Numbered from the stretch's first letter, positions 8,409 to 18,426 are shown. The stretch is DNA of 64,000 bases from Solirubrobacteraceae bacterium (GCA_035503075.1 DATJTT010000019.1:11929-75928); one strand, 5' to 3'. Notes: generated by a model from the letters alone, not told the origin. A program made the numbers and translations.

Positions 8409-9911
8409 ATGAGCGGGGCGGGCTCCGCCCAGGAGCGCACCCCCTACCTGGACGCGCTGTGCGAGTACGCCCGGCGCAAGCCCGCGCGCCTGCACGTCCC
8501 CGGCCACAAGGGTGGCCCCGGCGCCGACCCCGGACTGTTGCGCGCGTTCGGCGAGCGCGCCGTCAGCCTCGACATCCCCGCGCTCACGTACGGGATCGAC
8601 GTCGGCGTCGAGCCAAGCCCGTTCGAGCAGGCGCAGCGACTCGCCGCCGACGCCTGGGGCGCGCGCCGCGCGTGGTTCCTGGTCAACGGCGCCTCCCAGG
8701 GCAACCTCGCCTCGGGGCTCGCGCTCGCCCACCACGGCGACGAGGTCGTCGTGCAGCGCAACGCGCACTCGAGCACGATCGACGCGCTCGTGCTCTCGGG
8801 GCTGCGGCCCACGTTCGCGGCGCCCGAGGTCGACCCCCAGCTGGGCATCGCGCACTGCCTGACCCCCGACACGCTCGCGCTCGCGCTGCAGGCCACGCCG
8901 CGCGCGGTCGGCGCGTGGGTCGTCTCGCCGACGTACTTCGGCGCGGTCGCCGACGTGGGCGCGCTCGCCGAGGTCGCCCACGGGCGCCGGGTGCCGCTGA
9001 TCGTCGACGAGGCGTGGGGCGCGCACATGGCCTTCCACGAGCAGCTGCCCACGCACGCGCTCGCGCTCGGCGCCGACCTGGTGATCTCGAGCACGCACAA
9101 GATCGTCGGCAGCCTCACGCAGTCGGCGATGCTGCACCTCGGGCACGGGGCGGGCCCGCTGATCGGCGAGGACGCCGTCGACCGCGCGGTCACGCTCACC
9201 GAGTCGACCAGCCCCAACTCGCTGCTGTGCGGGTCGCTCGACGCGGCGCGCCGCCAGGCGGCGGTGCAGGGACGCGAGCTGCTCGGAAGGACGATGGCGG
9301 CGCTCGCACAAGCGCGCGAGCAGATTCGCGAGATCGATGGGCTCGACGTGCTCGACGAGCGCATCGCCGGGCGCCCCGGCGTGTTCGCGTATGACCCGCT
9401 GCGTCTCGCCGTCGACGTCCGCGGCGTGGCCGCCAGCGGCTACGAGCTCGCGCCGATGCTGCGCGAGATCGGCGACATCAACCTCGAGCTCTACGGCCAG
9501 AACGTGCTCGTAGCGGTCTTCGGCATGGGCGAGCGCGGCCTGCCCGAGGCCGCGCGGCTGGTGCACGCGCTGCGCGTAGCCGCCGAGCGCGTCGGGCCCG
9601 ACCCCGGCGGAGCGAGCGCGAGCTTCGCGCCGCCGCCGCCGTGGGGCGAGCTCGTGATGACCCCCCGCGAGGCCTATCTCGGCCCGCAGGAGATCGTGCC
9701 CGCGCACGACGCCGCCGGTCGCGTCGCCGCCGAGTCGCTCGCCACCTACCCGCCTGGGGTGCCCAACGTGCTTCCAGGCGAGCGCCTGTCCGCGGAGACG
9801 CTCGCCTACGTGCAGCAGACGCTCGAGCTCGGCGGCAGCGTGCGCGGCGCCAGCGACCGGCTGCTGCACACCGTGCGCGTCGTCGCCGAGGGGCGGGTCC
9901 GCGCTCGCTAG
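8409..9911 (+). CDS. Orn/Lys/Arg decarboxylase, class I (PLP-dependent)
   Basis: HVPGHKGG, LVNGAS, RNAHSS, VDEAWGAH, PLP lysine STHK, C-terminal YPPGVP. Confidence 0.9.
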   Translation: MSGAGSAQERTPYLDALCEYARRKPARLHVPGHKGGPGADPGLLRAFGERAVSLDIPALTYGIDVGVEPSPFEQAQRLAADAWGARRAWFLVNGASQGNLASGLALAHHGDEVVVQRNAHSSTIDALVLSGLRPTFAAPEVDPQLGIAHCLTPDTLALALQATPRAVGAWVVSPTYFGAVADVGALAEVAHGRRVPLIVDEAWGAHMAFHEQLPTHALALGADLVISSTHKIVGSLTQSAMLHLGHGAGPLIGEDAVDRAVTLTESTSPNSLLCGSLDAARRQAAVQGRELLGRTMAALAQAREQIREIDGLDVLDERIAGRPGVFAYDPLRLAVDVRGVAASGYELAPMLREIGDINLELYGQNVLVAVFGMGERGLPEAARLVHALRVAAERVGPDPGGASASFAPPPPWGELVMTPREAYLGPQEIVPAHDAAGRVAAESLATYPPGVPNVLPGERLSAETLAYVQQTLELGGSVRGASDRLLHTVRVVAEGRVRAR

Positions 9912-9921
9912 CTGCGGACGC

Positions 9922-11880
9922 TCACTGCGCCGCCGCCGAGCTGCAGCCGCCCGCCGGCGCGACCCCCGCGAAGCGCTGCACGCGGTTGTTGTCGGCGTCG
10001 GCGACCAGCAGCGCGCCCGCGCAGTCGATCGACAGGCCCGCGGGGTCGCTCAGCTCGCCCGGGGCCGCGCCAGGCGCGCCCCATGCGCGCACGAAGCGCC
10101 CGTCTGCGTCGAACTCCTCGATGCGGTCGTTGCCGCCGTCCGCCACGAACACCTCGCCGCGGGCATCCACTGCGATGCCGTCCGGGGACTCGAACCTTCC
10201 TGGCCCGCGACCCGCGCCGCCCCACGCGCGCACGTAGCGACCTGCTGCGGTGAACTCCGCGATCCGGTCGGCGCCGACCTCGACCACGTACACCGCGCCC
10301 GACCGCGCCGTCGCGAGCGCGACCGGAGCGTGAAGCCGGGCGGCGCTCGAGCCCGCATCGCCCCAGGACCCGAGCACCGCGCCCGCCGGGGAGTAGCGCT
10401 TGACCAGGCCTTCGCCGGTATCCGCGACGTACACGTCGCCTTCGCGACCAACCGCCAGCCCGTCCGGCCGCTCGAGGCGTCGCGCTGCGGGCGTCCCAAC
10501 CCCGCCGCCGAGCGTCCCGAGCAGTTCGCCTTCCGCGCTCAGGTGGCGCACCAGGTCGTTTTCCTGGTCTGTCACCCACAGCGTGCCGTCAGCAGCGAGC
10601 GCGATGGCGACGGGCTCGAACAGGTGTTCACCGAGGATCGCCGCGCCGCCGTAAAAGCTTTCGCGGTAGGCGAGCCGGTGGTCGAACAGCTCCACGCGCC
10701 CGCCCACCGTGTCCGCGACGAGCGCCCCGCCTTCGGGCGTCGCGGCGACGTCGCGCGGCAGCATGAACTGGCCATAGGAGCGAGCGGAGACCCCCCAGGC
10801 GCCGAGCCGCCGGCCCGTCGCGCCCAGGATGTCGACCTCATCGGCGGCGGCGTCGGCCACATACACCAGGCCGGAGCGCGAGACGGCGACGGCGCGCGGG
10901 TAGCTCACCTCTTCCGCGCCGAAGTTCGGGTGCAGGCCTTCGCTCGGGCCCTGTGAGGGCGCAAGCGGCCAGGCGGCCAGGAAGCGCAGCTCGGGGCTCA
11001 GCTCAACGACGCGGTGGTTGTTGTCGTCGGCCACATACACCCGTCCGGCCGGGCCGACGGCGACGTCGAACGGGCTCGTGAACTGTCCTTCCCCCGACCC
11101 GAGGCCGCCGGCCTCGCGGGCATATGGACCCCGGGTCCGGAACGCGACGATCCGATCGTTGCCCGTGTCCGCCACGTACAGCTCCTCGCCGCTCACCGCC
11201 AGGCCGTGCGGGCTCTCCAGCTGCCCGGGACCATGGCCCGGCCCGCCGAGGACGAGCGCGTGCGTGCCGTCCAGCGTGAAGCGCTCGATCCGATCGTTGC
11301 CCGTGTCCGCCACGTACACGAAGTCGCCGGACACCGCGATCCCGCCGCCCGGGGGCACGCCCGGCCCGCCGCTGCCGAACTCGAACTGTCCGGGCCGCGA
11401 GCCGGGCTCGCCCCAGGCGCGCACGAAGCGACCTTCGGCATCGAACTGCTCCACGCGGTCATGTTCCGAGTCGACCACATAGACCTCGCCGGCTGCGCTC
11501 ACCGCCAGACCCCCGACCGCGCCGAACTGTCCGGCGCCCGTGCCGCGCGCGCCCCACTGGCCGAGGAAGCGCCCGCCCGCGCTGAAGCGCTGCACGACAT
11601 AGCTGTACTGGTCGGCGACATACACATCGCCGTCGGGCGCGACGGCGAGCGCCTCCGGGTAGCGCAGCACGCCTTCGCCTCGCCGCCCGAGGATCGCCAC
11701 CGAGCTGTACGGACACGGCTCGGCGCCCGGACACGCCCGGCCATGCGCGCCCGCCGCCCGCCGCGCGCGTTCACCGGCACCCGATGGCGCGTCGGCGAAG
11801 GCGCCCAACGCCACCGTCAGCGCGAGCGTGAGCGCGACCAGGGCGTATAGGCTGAGCACGAGGCACTGCAGGCGGTACAT
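9922..11880 (-). CDS. secreted NHL-repeat protein (12 repeats, probable double beta-propeller)
   Basis: N-terminal hydrophobic signal; 12 P.G.AV..G.VYVAD..N.R..F repeats counted by eye. Confidence 0.85.
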   Translation of the reverse strand: MYRLQCLVLSLYALVALTLALTVALGAFADAPSGAGERARRAAGAHGRACPGAEPCPYSSVAILGRRGEGVLRYPEALAVAPDGDVYVADQYSYVVQRFSAGGRFLGQWGARGTGAGQFGAVGGLAVSAAGEVYVVDSEHDRVEQFDAEGRFVRAWGEPGSRPGQFEFGSGGPGVPPGGGIAVSGDFVYVADTGNDRIERFTLDGTHALVLGGPGHGPGQLESPHGLAVSGEELYVADTGNDRIVAFRTRGPYAREAGGLGSGEGQFTSPFDVAVGPAGRVYVADDNNHRVVELSPELRFLAAWPLAPSQGPSEGLHPNFGAEEVSYPRAVAVSRSGLVYVADAAADEVDILGATGRRLGAWGVSARSYGQFMLPRDVAATPEGGALVADTVGGRVELFDHRLAYRESFYGGAAILGEHLFEPVAIALAADGTLWVTDQENDLVRHLSAEGELLGTLGGGVGTPAARRLERPDGLAVGREGDVYVADTGEGLVKRYSPAGAVLGSWGDAGSSAARLHAPVALATARSGAVYVVEVGADRIAEFTAAGRYVRAWGGAGRGPGRFESPDGIAVDARGEVFVADGGNDRIEEFDADGRFVRAWGAPGAAPGELSDPAGLSIDCAGALLVADADNNRVQRFAGVAPAGGCSSAAAQ

Positions 11881-12078
11881 GCGGATCCGGAGTCCCTATG
11901 TGAGGACGCCACCGGGTCCCGGCCCAGATGCGCGGGCCCGCCCCCCGCTGAGCGGCCGCCCTCATGGTCTGTTCATCTGTTAACCCGCCACGCGCCCGAA
12001 CCATGCGCTGTGCGCCCACAGTCGGAGACATTTCGCCCGCCAAGCTCGGGCTCGCCTCCCGCCGGCTCGGCTCGCGCG

Positions 12079-12162
12079 GCGGCTCGCGCGGATCGGCCGG
12101 CGGCTCGCGCGGATCGGCTAGCGGCTCGCGCGGATCGGCCGGCGGCTCGTGCGCAGGTCGGC
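12079..12162. repeat. 21-bp tandem repeat (GCGGCTCGCGCGGATCGGCCG), 3 copies plus a partial
   Basis: Units at 12079, 12100, 12121, degenerate at 12142. Confidence 0.88.
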
Positions 12163-12184
12163 TGGCGCCGGCTCGGCCGGGCGC

Positions 12185-13048
12185 TCAAGACGACTGCGGC
12201 AGCTTGACCGAGCTTCTGCGCGTGGCCGGCGCTGACGGCGGCGGCACGACCGGGCCGATGTCCCCGTCGGGCGCCTCGTCCAGATCGACGATCACGGGCG
12301 CGTGATCGCTCGGCCCGCTGCCCTTGCGGGCCTGCCGATCCACCCACGCGGCCTTGACCCTGCTCGCGACCGGCTCGCTGGCGAGCACCAGATCGATGCG
12401 CATGCCGAGATCCTGGTGGAACATCCCCGCACGGTAGTCCCAGTAGGTGAACACCCGCTCCCCCGGCCAGCGATCGCGCACGACGTCGCGCAGCCCGAGC
12501 GCCTGCAGCTGCGCCAGGGCGGCGCGCTCGGGAGCCGTCACGTGCGTGTGGCCGATGTACGCCGCCGGGTCGAACACGTCGATGTCCGCGGGCGCGATGT
12601 TCATGTCCCCGCATACGATCGTCGCCGCCGGCGCCGCTCGCAGCACCTCGCGCAGGGCCTGCAGCCAGGCGAGCTTGTAGCGGTAGTGCTCGGAGTCCGG
12701 CGCGCGACCGTTGGGCACGTACACGCACTGCACCCGAATCCCGCCGCAACTCGCCGCCACGGCGCGAGCCTCGGCATGCGGGAAGCCGGGCGCGCCGGCT
12801 AGCCCCCGCACGACGTCCTCCAAGCCGACGCGCGAGAGGATCGCCGTCCCGTTCCACTGCACCTCGCCGTGCAGCGCCAGCGCATAGCCGCGCGCGGCGA
12901 GCTCCGCGCCGAGCAGCTGCTCGAAGGCGTCGTCCGCGAGCTTGGTCTCCTGCAGGCACACCACGTCCGGGCGCCGCTGATCGAGCCACGGCAGCAGCCG
13001 CGGCAGGCGCTGCTTGACCGAGTTCACGTTCCAGCTCGTCACGCGCAC
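12185..13048 (-). CDS. xth: exodeoxyribonuclease III / AP endonuclease
   Basis: SWNVNS, CLQETK, YVPNG, GDMNIAP, YWDYR, GMRIDLVL, SDHAPV. Confidence 0.93.
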   Translation of the reverse strand: MRVTSWNVNSVKQRLPRLLPWLDQRRPDVVCLQETKLADDAFEQLLGAELAARGYALALHGEVQWNGTAILSRVGLEDVVRGLAGAPGFPHAEARAVAASCGGIRVQCVYVPNGRAPDSEHYRYKLAWLQALREVLRAAPAATIVCGDMNIAPADIDVFDPAAYIGHTHVTAPERAALAQLQALGLRDVVRDRWPGERVFTYWDYRAGMFHQDLGMRIDLVLASEPVASRVKAAWVDRQARKGSGPSDHAPVIVDLDEAPDGDIGPVVPPPSAPATRRSSVKLPQSS

Positions 13049-13135
13049 GGTGACGCGTACCGTAGCTCGGCTCCCCCCGCCGGGGCCAGTCGAGCGGCCC
13101 CGGCCCGCGCCGGTCGTTGGCGGCCCCGGCCGGCG

Positions 13136-13459
13136 TCAGTCGAAGTCGGCGACCGAGTACACCTCGGTCCGCTGCAGCACCGTCGGCGCTGTCGACTGAC
13201 CGGGCTCGCTCGGCACGTGGTGCACGGTGTAGGTGTCGCGGCCGAGCTGCAGGATCGCGGCGACGGTCCTGCCGTCGATCGCGTCGGGCTCGCCCACGCG
13301 CAGCCGGCAGTCAAGGCCCTGACGCCGGCACTCGATCTCGAGGATCCGGCGGTCGCGCGAGACCGAGCCCGTGCACTCCTCGGCCTGCTCGCGCAGCGAG
13401 CTGTACACGCGCTCGACGCCGGCGCCGCCTTTCGGCGACGGCAGGAAGAAGCGCGTCAT
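13136..13459 (-). CDS. hypothetical protein
   Basis: 107-aa coding-like ORF whose ATG overlaps the stop of the upstream small ORF (TGATG). Confidence 0.65.
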   Translation of the reverse strand: MTRFFLPSPKGGAGVERVYSSLREQAEECTGSVSRDRRILEIECRRQGLDCRLRVGEPDAIDGRTVAAILQLGRDTYTVHHVPSEPGQSTAPTVLQRTEVYSVADFD

Positions 13460-13629
13460 CAGCGCCGCTTGGAGCCGCGCGGGTGCTTCGCCTCGCGCGG
13501 CGGGTAGCGCTTGCGCTCGTCGGCCGTCATCTGGCGGATCACGAGCTTGCCCTGCGCGACCTGCTCGCGAATGTCCTTGAGCTTCTCCTCGTGCTGCTGC
13601 TGCTGACGGAGCTGCTGGGGGCCTGGCAC
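13459..13629 (-). CDS. small basic/coiled hypothetical protein (56 aa), absent from the ORF track
   Basis: Manual translation from GTG: MPGPQQLRQQQQHEEKLKDIREQVAQGKLVIRQMTADERKRYPPREAKHPRGSKRR; AGGAG upstream; coupled to the next gene. Confidence 0.7.
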   Translation of the reverse strand: MPGPQQLRQQQQHEEKLKDIREQVAQGKLVIRQMTADERKRYPPREAKHPRGSKRR

Positions 13630-13860
13630 GTGATCGCTCCTAGGATTGCGCGTCCGCGCTGGGCCAGTGCTCGGATGCTAGTTCACGCAGATCGGCGCCT
13701 CCGGGCGCCCTTGCCCTGAACCGGCTCGCCGCCTGGTCACGTACTTTACGATCCCGACCCGACCCTGCACTCAGGCCAATCTGCACTATCCACAATAGCG
13801 CGGCGATCCCGGAGGTCGGGCCGGGCGCGCTCGATCGTAGCCTCGCCGCGTGTTCGCCCA

Positions 13861-13941
13861 GCGGGCGTTTGAGCTTGCGAGCGGGCGTTTGGCCGCGGGG
13901 GGCGTTTGAGCTTGCGAGGGGGCGTTTGAGCTTGCGAGGGG
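13861..13941. repeat. about 20-bp tandem repeat (GGGCGTTTGAGCTTGCGAG), 3 full copies plus 1 partial
   Basis: Copies near 13863, 13900, 13920; truncated copy at 13883. Confidence 0.85.
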
Positions 13942-14108
13942 CGGTGGCGGCGCAGTTGCATGTCGGGCGCAGCCGATCTGCTAGCTTCAGCGCAGCGGCC
14001 GGTCTTCGGTCGCGAGGCAGCTCGCTTGAGTCCCGCTCACCGCGGTTCGGGTCGGCCAAAGCCTCCGAATCGTGCGCGGCGCCACGGCGCAGCCAAAGGA
14101 GCAGTTTC

Positions 14109-15332
14109 ATGAAACAGCAGTCATTCGCCGACCTCGGCGTGTCGAGCGCCGTCGTCGGCGCCCTCTCCCGTCGTGGCATCGAGCAGCCCTTTCCCGTGCA
14201 GCGGCTCGTGCTCGAGGACATCCTCGCCGGCCGCGACGTGCTCGTGAAGTCCCCGACCGGCTCGGGCAAGACGCTCGCCTTCGGGATTCCCCTCCTCGAG
14301 CGCATCGACGCGGACGAGCCCTCACCCGTCCGCCCGGCGGCGCTCGTGCTCGCCCCCACGCGCGAGCTCGCCAGCCAAATAGTGCGCGAGCTCGACGCGG
14401 TCGCGCGCGCGCGTGGCTTGCGCGTGACCGCCGTCTACGGCGGCGTCGGGCTGGTCGCACAGGCGGCCAAGGCCGCCGCCTCGCATGTGCTCGTCGCGAC
14501 CCCCGGACGCCTGGAGGACCTGCTGCGACGACGGGCGTTCACGCTCGAGGCTGTCCGGACGCTCGTCCTCGACGAGGCCGACCGGATGCTCGACATAGGC
14601 TTTCGACCGGCGATCGACCGGATCGTCAAAGCTTGCCCGACCGCGCGACAGACGCTGTTCTTCTCGGCGACGCTCGAGGGCGTCGCCGGCCGGGTGGCAG
14701 CTCAGTACACCAACCGGGCCGTCCGCCACGAGAGCGGCACCCCTGGGGTGTCCGCGACCACGCAGGTGGAGCATCGCTTCGTGGCCATACGCGAGGATCG
14801 CCGCATCGAGGCGCTGCTGGCCGAGCTGGGCCGCGAGCGGGAGCGCACGCTGGTGTTCGTGCGCACCAAGCGCGGCGCCGACCGCCTGGTCAAGCGCCTG
14901 GGCGCCGACGGCGTGCACGCGCTCGCGATCCACGGCAACAAGTCCCAGCGCCAGCGCGAGCACGCGCTGTCGCGTTTTCAGTCGGGGCGCGTGGATACAC
15001 TCGTGGCTACCGACGTGGCTGCGCGGGGGATCGACGTCGAGGGGATCTCTCACGTGATCAACTTCCATCCGCCCGACGACCACGAGGCATACATCCATCG
15101 CATCGGACGCACCGGGCGTGCGGGACGTCGCGGCGTCGGCATCACGCTGGTCGCCGCGGAAGACCGCCAGGAGATGAGCCGATTGGCGCGGCGACTCGGC
15201 CTGCGGCACGGGCTCGGCGATGTGGCGGAGCGCGAGCGGCCGCGCGCGCCCACCTCGACGCGTCCCCCCGCCGGCCCGCGGCGGGCACGTACGCGGCGCA
15301 GGCGGCGTGCCGCGGGAGCGACCACGGCATGA
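14109..15332 (+). CDS. DEAD-box RNA helicase
   Basis: Q motif PFPVQ, PTGSGKT, PTRELA, TPGRL, DEAD, SAT, ARGID, HRIGRTGRAG; basic tail. Confidence 0.93.
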   Translation: MKQQSFADLGVSSAVVGALSRRGIEQPFPVQRLVLEDILAGRDVLVKSPTGSGKTLAFGIPLLERIDADEPSPVRPAALVLAPTRELASQIVRELDAVARARGLRVTAVYGGVGLVAQAAKAAASHVLVATPGRLEDLLRRRAFTLEAVRTLVLDEADRMLDIGFRPAIDRIVKACPTARQTLFFSATLEGVAGRVAAQYTNRAVRHESGTPGVSATTQVEHRFVAIREDRRIEALLAELGRERERTLVFVRTKRGADRLVKRLGADGVHALAIHGNKSQRQREHALSRFQSGRVDTLVATDVAARGIDVEGISHVINFHPPDDHEAYIHRIGRTGRAGRRGVGITLVAAEDRQEMSRLARRLGLRHGLGDVAERERPRAPTSTRPPAGPRRARTRRRRRAAGATTA

Positions 15333-16441
15333 TCGGCGCCGCGTCCGCGGGGCAGCGAGGGGGCTCCCCGTCTCCCGGCCCGGCCAGGGCGGCCGCCGCG
15401 GGCGGCCGGGACGCGGAACCGGAGGATCACAGCGATCTACGGCTGTGGCGCGAGCGGCTCGCACCCTACGCCCAGCCACACGCCCCGCGGGCGCTGATCT
15501 GCCTGGCGACGTCGGTCGCCCCGTATCTCGGCTTGTCGGTTGCGATGTATCTCCTGCTGGAGGTTTCCTACCTGCTGGCGCTTGTCCTGGTCGTGCCGAC
15601 GGCGGTCTTCCTGGTGCGCACGTTCATCGTCTTCCACGACTGCACGCACGGGTCGTTCCTGCGGTCCAGGCGAGCCAACGCGTGGCTCGGGGTCGCCACC
15701 GGCCTGCTGCTGTATTCGCCGTTCGTGCGCTGGCGCCACGACCATGCGGTCCACCACGCTAGCTCCGGCGACCTCGACCGGCGCGGCACCGGCGACGTAC
15801 GCACGCTGACCGTCGCGGAATACCACGGGCTGCCCTGGCGGGGCCGGCTCGGCTACCGCCTGCTGCGCAATCCGTTCGTCATGTTCGGCCTCGGGCCGAT
15901 CGTCGCGATGATCATCGGCCCGCGGATCGTCGCTCGCGACGCGCGCCCGCGCATGCGCCGCAGCGTGATCGCCACCGACGTGGCGCTCGCGGCGATCGTC
16001 GGTGGCGTGTGCTGGTTGATCGGCTGGCGTGCCTACCTGCTCGTGTGCGGGCCGCCCGCGCTGCTCGCCGGCTCGATCGGCATCTGGCTGTTCTACGTCC
16101 AGCACCAGTTCGAGGACGCCTACTGGGAGAGCGGCGAGCGCTGGAGTTATGCGGACTCTGCGCTGCGGGGAAGCTCATTCCTGAAGCTGGCGCCCCCGCT
16201 TCGCTTCTGCACGGGCAACATCGGCTATCACCACGTTCACCACCTGAACGCGCGGATCCCCAACTACAACCTGCGCCGGGCCCACGAGGAGAACCCCGTG
16301 TTTGACTGCGTGCCCACGCTCGCGTTGTGGGACGGGCTGCGCGCGGTCACGCTCAAGCTCTGGGACGAGGATCGCGAGCGGCTCGTGACCTTCGCGCAGG
16401 CGCGCAGGCGCGCCGTGGCCGGCGGCGCGCGCACGCGCTAG
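15329..16441 (+). CDS. membrane fatty acid desaturase (Bacillus Des-like)
   Basis: His boxes HDCTH, HDHAVHH, HHVHH; ATG overlaps the helicase stop (ATGA). Confidence 0.9.
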   Translation: MIGAASAGQRGGSPSPGPARAAAAGGRDAEPEDHSDLRLWRERLAPYAQPHAPRALICLATSVAPYLGLSVAMYLLLEVSYLLALVLVVPTAVFLVRTFIVFHDCTHGSFLRSRRANAWLGVATGLLLYSPFVRWRHDHAVHHASSGDLDRRGTGDVRTLTVAEYHGLPWRGRLGYRLLRNPFVMFGLGPIVAMIIGPRIVARDARPRMRRSVIATDVALAAIVGGVCWLIGWRAYLLVCGPPALLAGSIGIWLFYVQHQFEDAYWESGERWSYADSALRGSSFLKLAPPLRFCTGNIGYHHVHHLNARIPNYNLRRAHEENPVFDCVPTLALWDGLRAVTLKLWDEDRERLVTFAQARRRAVAGGARTR

Positions 16442-16707
16442 CCGGCGCCCTCACCGGGTGGTGTGCAGCGGCACGGCCGCTGCCGCTGCGAGTCGTGCTC
16501 CACGGCGATCTGGCGGGCGGGATCTTTCTTTCCCGGTGCGCTGCTCGCGACCGTGCCGCTGCGGTCGGGGGCGCAGGAGCACGGCCCAGCGGCGCCTGCG
16601 GCGCTCGCGCACTGAAACTGGACGCAACTGGTATGCAGATGTTACAGTTGTCTCTCGCGCGATGACCGCGCTAGCCATGAACCGAACAACGAGGAGGAGT
16701 TGTGAGC

Positions 16708-18357
16708 ATGGAGACTTGTCAACGGAGGATGACGAGCATTGTGGCCGCGACGATCGCGGCGTCGCTGATGCTCTTCGGTGTGGGCGCCCTCGCGGCGTCG
16801 ACCGCGGCGGCACAGCCAACCATCCAGGAAATCCCTTACACAAGCGGCGAACACGGGTATCCCTACGACGCGGTGCCGCCCCCGTCGGGCGTCCCCGGCG
16901 CGCCGAAGCTGAACACGACCACATTCGGCGAAGCCGGCTACGTGGAAAAAGAGTTCAAGATGTCCGGCACGACGAACGTGTACAGGGAAAGCGGCTTGTG
17001 GGGCTCCAACGGCGACTGGGGGATCTCGGTATCGCAGAGCAACGTCCCCTACACCACGCGCCTGCTCGTGCGCTACCCGACCAACCCCGCCAAGTTCAAC
17101 GGCACCGTCATCTTTGAATGGACCAACGTCACCACCGGCGGCGACCAGGACCCGGTGTGGGCGCAGATCGGCGAAGAAGCCGTCAGGCAGGGCTACGCCT
17201 TCGTCGGCGTGACGGCACAGAAGGCCGGCATGGAAGACCTCGTCAGGTGGGACCCGACGCGCTACGCCGGCCTCGGCGACAGCAACGACGGCCAGTCCTA
17301 CTCGATCTTCACCCAGGCCGCGGAAGCGGTGAAGGCCGACAGCGCGACGCTGCTTGGCGGCCTGACGCCGAAGAAGCTGATCGGGATGGGCGACTCGCAG
17401 TCGGCTTTCCGCGTCGACACCTACGTCAACGCGTTCCAGCCGGTCACGGACGCCTTCAACGGCTTCATCGCGGTCGGCCGCGCCGTCACGGCGGCGCCGC
17501 TCGGCAACGGGCTGATTGCGACATCCCCGTTCCCGGCGGACATTCGCACGAACAACACGGCGCCGTTCATCCAGCTGAACACTCAGGGTGACATCGTCGA
17601 GCTCGACGCAGCTGCCGCACGCCAGCCGGACAACACCGACCTGCGCACTTGGGAACTGCCGGGCGCCTCCCATATCGACGCGCACGAGGCCTCCTACGAG
17701 GTCGAGACGATCGCCCGCGAGGAGCCGACCGTGCCCGTGCCGCAGTGCATATTCGGCACGCCGATCGAGGGCACCGGCACGGCGCTCGACGGGGTCAACC
17801 AGACCGACAACATGGCGCTGTACGAGGTCGAGAACGCCGCGATGATGGACATGCAGAAGTGGCTGGTCGACGGCACGCCGGCGCCGAAAGAGCCGTCGCA
17901 GATCTCTACGACGCCCGTCTTCTTCGGGCTCTATGACCTCGTCAACAGCAACCAGTACGGCGTCGGCAATGGCGGTATCCGCCTGGCTGAAGCCGAAGTG
18001 CCCACGGAGGAATACTCGGTCATCAACTTCTCCAAGCCGAGCCAGGAGAGCCTCGACCCGATCACGCTGTTCGAAGAGCTCAAGAGCGCATTCGAAGCGG
18101 CGGAGACCGGAAGCATCAGCAATTCGGAACTGCGCTCGGCCGGGTTGTGTCTGCTGTCGGGATACTTCTACGACTTGAGCAGCTCGAAGCTCAAATCGCT
18201 GTATCCGACCGCGGCGAGCTATGCCGCGAAGTACAAGACGGTGACCGAGGCGGCCGAGTCCGCCGGCTTCATCACACCCGACGACGCCGCGGAAGCGATC
18301 GCCAACGCGGAAGCCGGATACGGCGCGTTCCAGCAGCCGCCGCTCTCGATTCCGTGA
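16708..18357 (+). CDS. secreted alpha/beta hydrolase domain protein
   Basis: Signal peptide ending STAAA; YTTRLLVRYP...KFNGTVIFEW.NVT; nucleophile GDSQSA. Confidence 0.78.
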   Translation: METCQRRMTSIVAATIAASLMLFGVGALAASTAAAQPTIQEIPYTSGEHGYPYDAVPPPSGVPGAPKLNTTTFGEAGYVEKEFKMSGTTNVYRESGLWGSNGDWGISVSQSNVPYTTRLLVRYPTNPAKFNGTVIFEWTNVTTGGDQDPVWAQIGEEAVRQGYAFVGVTAQKAGMEDLVRWDPTRYAGLGDSNDGQSYSIFTQAAEAVKADSATLLGGLTPKKLIGMGDSQSAFRVDTYVNAFQPVTDAFNGFIAVGRAVTAAPLGNGLIATSPFPADIRTNNTAPFIQLNTQGDIVELDAAAARQPDNTDLRTWELPGASHIDAHEASYEVETIAREEPTVPVPQCIFGTPIEGTGTALDGVNQTDNMALYEVENAAMMDMQKWLVDGTPAPKEPSQISTTPVFFGLYDLVNSNQYGVGNGGIRLAEAEVPTEEYSVINFSKPSQESLDPITLFEELKSAFEAAETGSISNSELRSAGLCLLSGYFYDLSSSKLKSLYPTAASYAAKYKTVTEAAESAGFITPDDAAEAIANAEAGYGAFQQPPLSIP

Positions 18358-18394
18358 GCAGCTAGACGAGCGCGAAGGTTCCGCCGAGCTGCAA

Positions 18395-18426
18395 GCCCGC
18401 CGTCCCCATCGCTGGGGACGGCGGGC
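18395..18426 (+). terminator. perfect 14-bp GC hairpin downstream of the hydrolase gene
   Basis: GCCCGCCGTCCCCA-TCGC-TGGGGACGGCGGGC; no U-tract. Confidence 0.7.

Noticed and set aside
7284-9869. Long alternative-frame ORFs such as 7284-9869, 21857-24328, 30886-33414 and 36954-39170
   Set aside because: Arg/Ala/Pro-rich shadow frames typical of high-GC DNA, overlapping well-supported genes.
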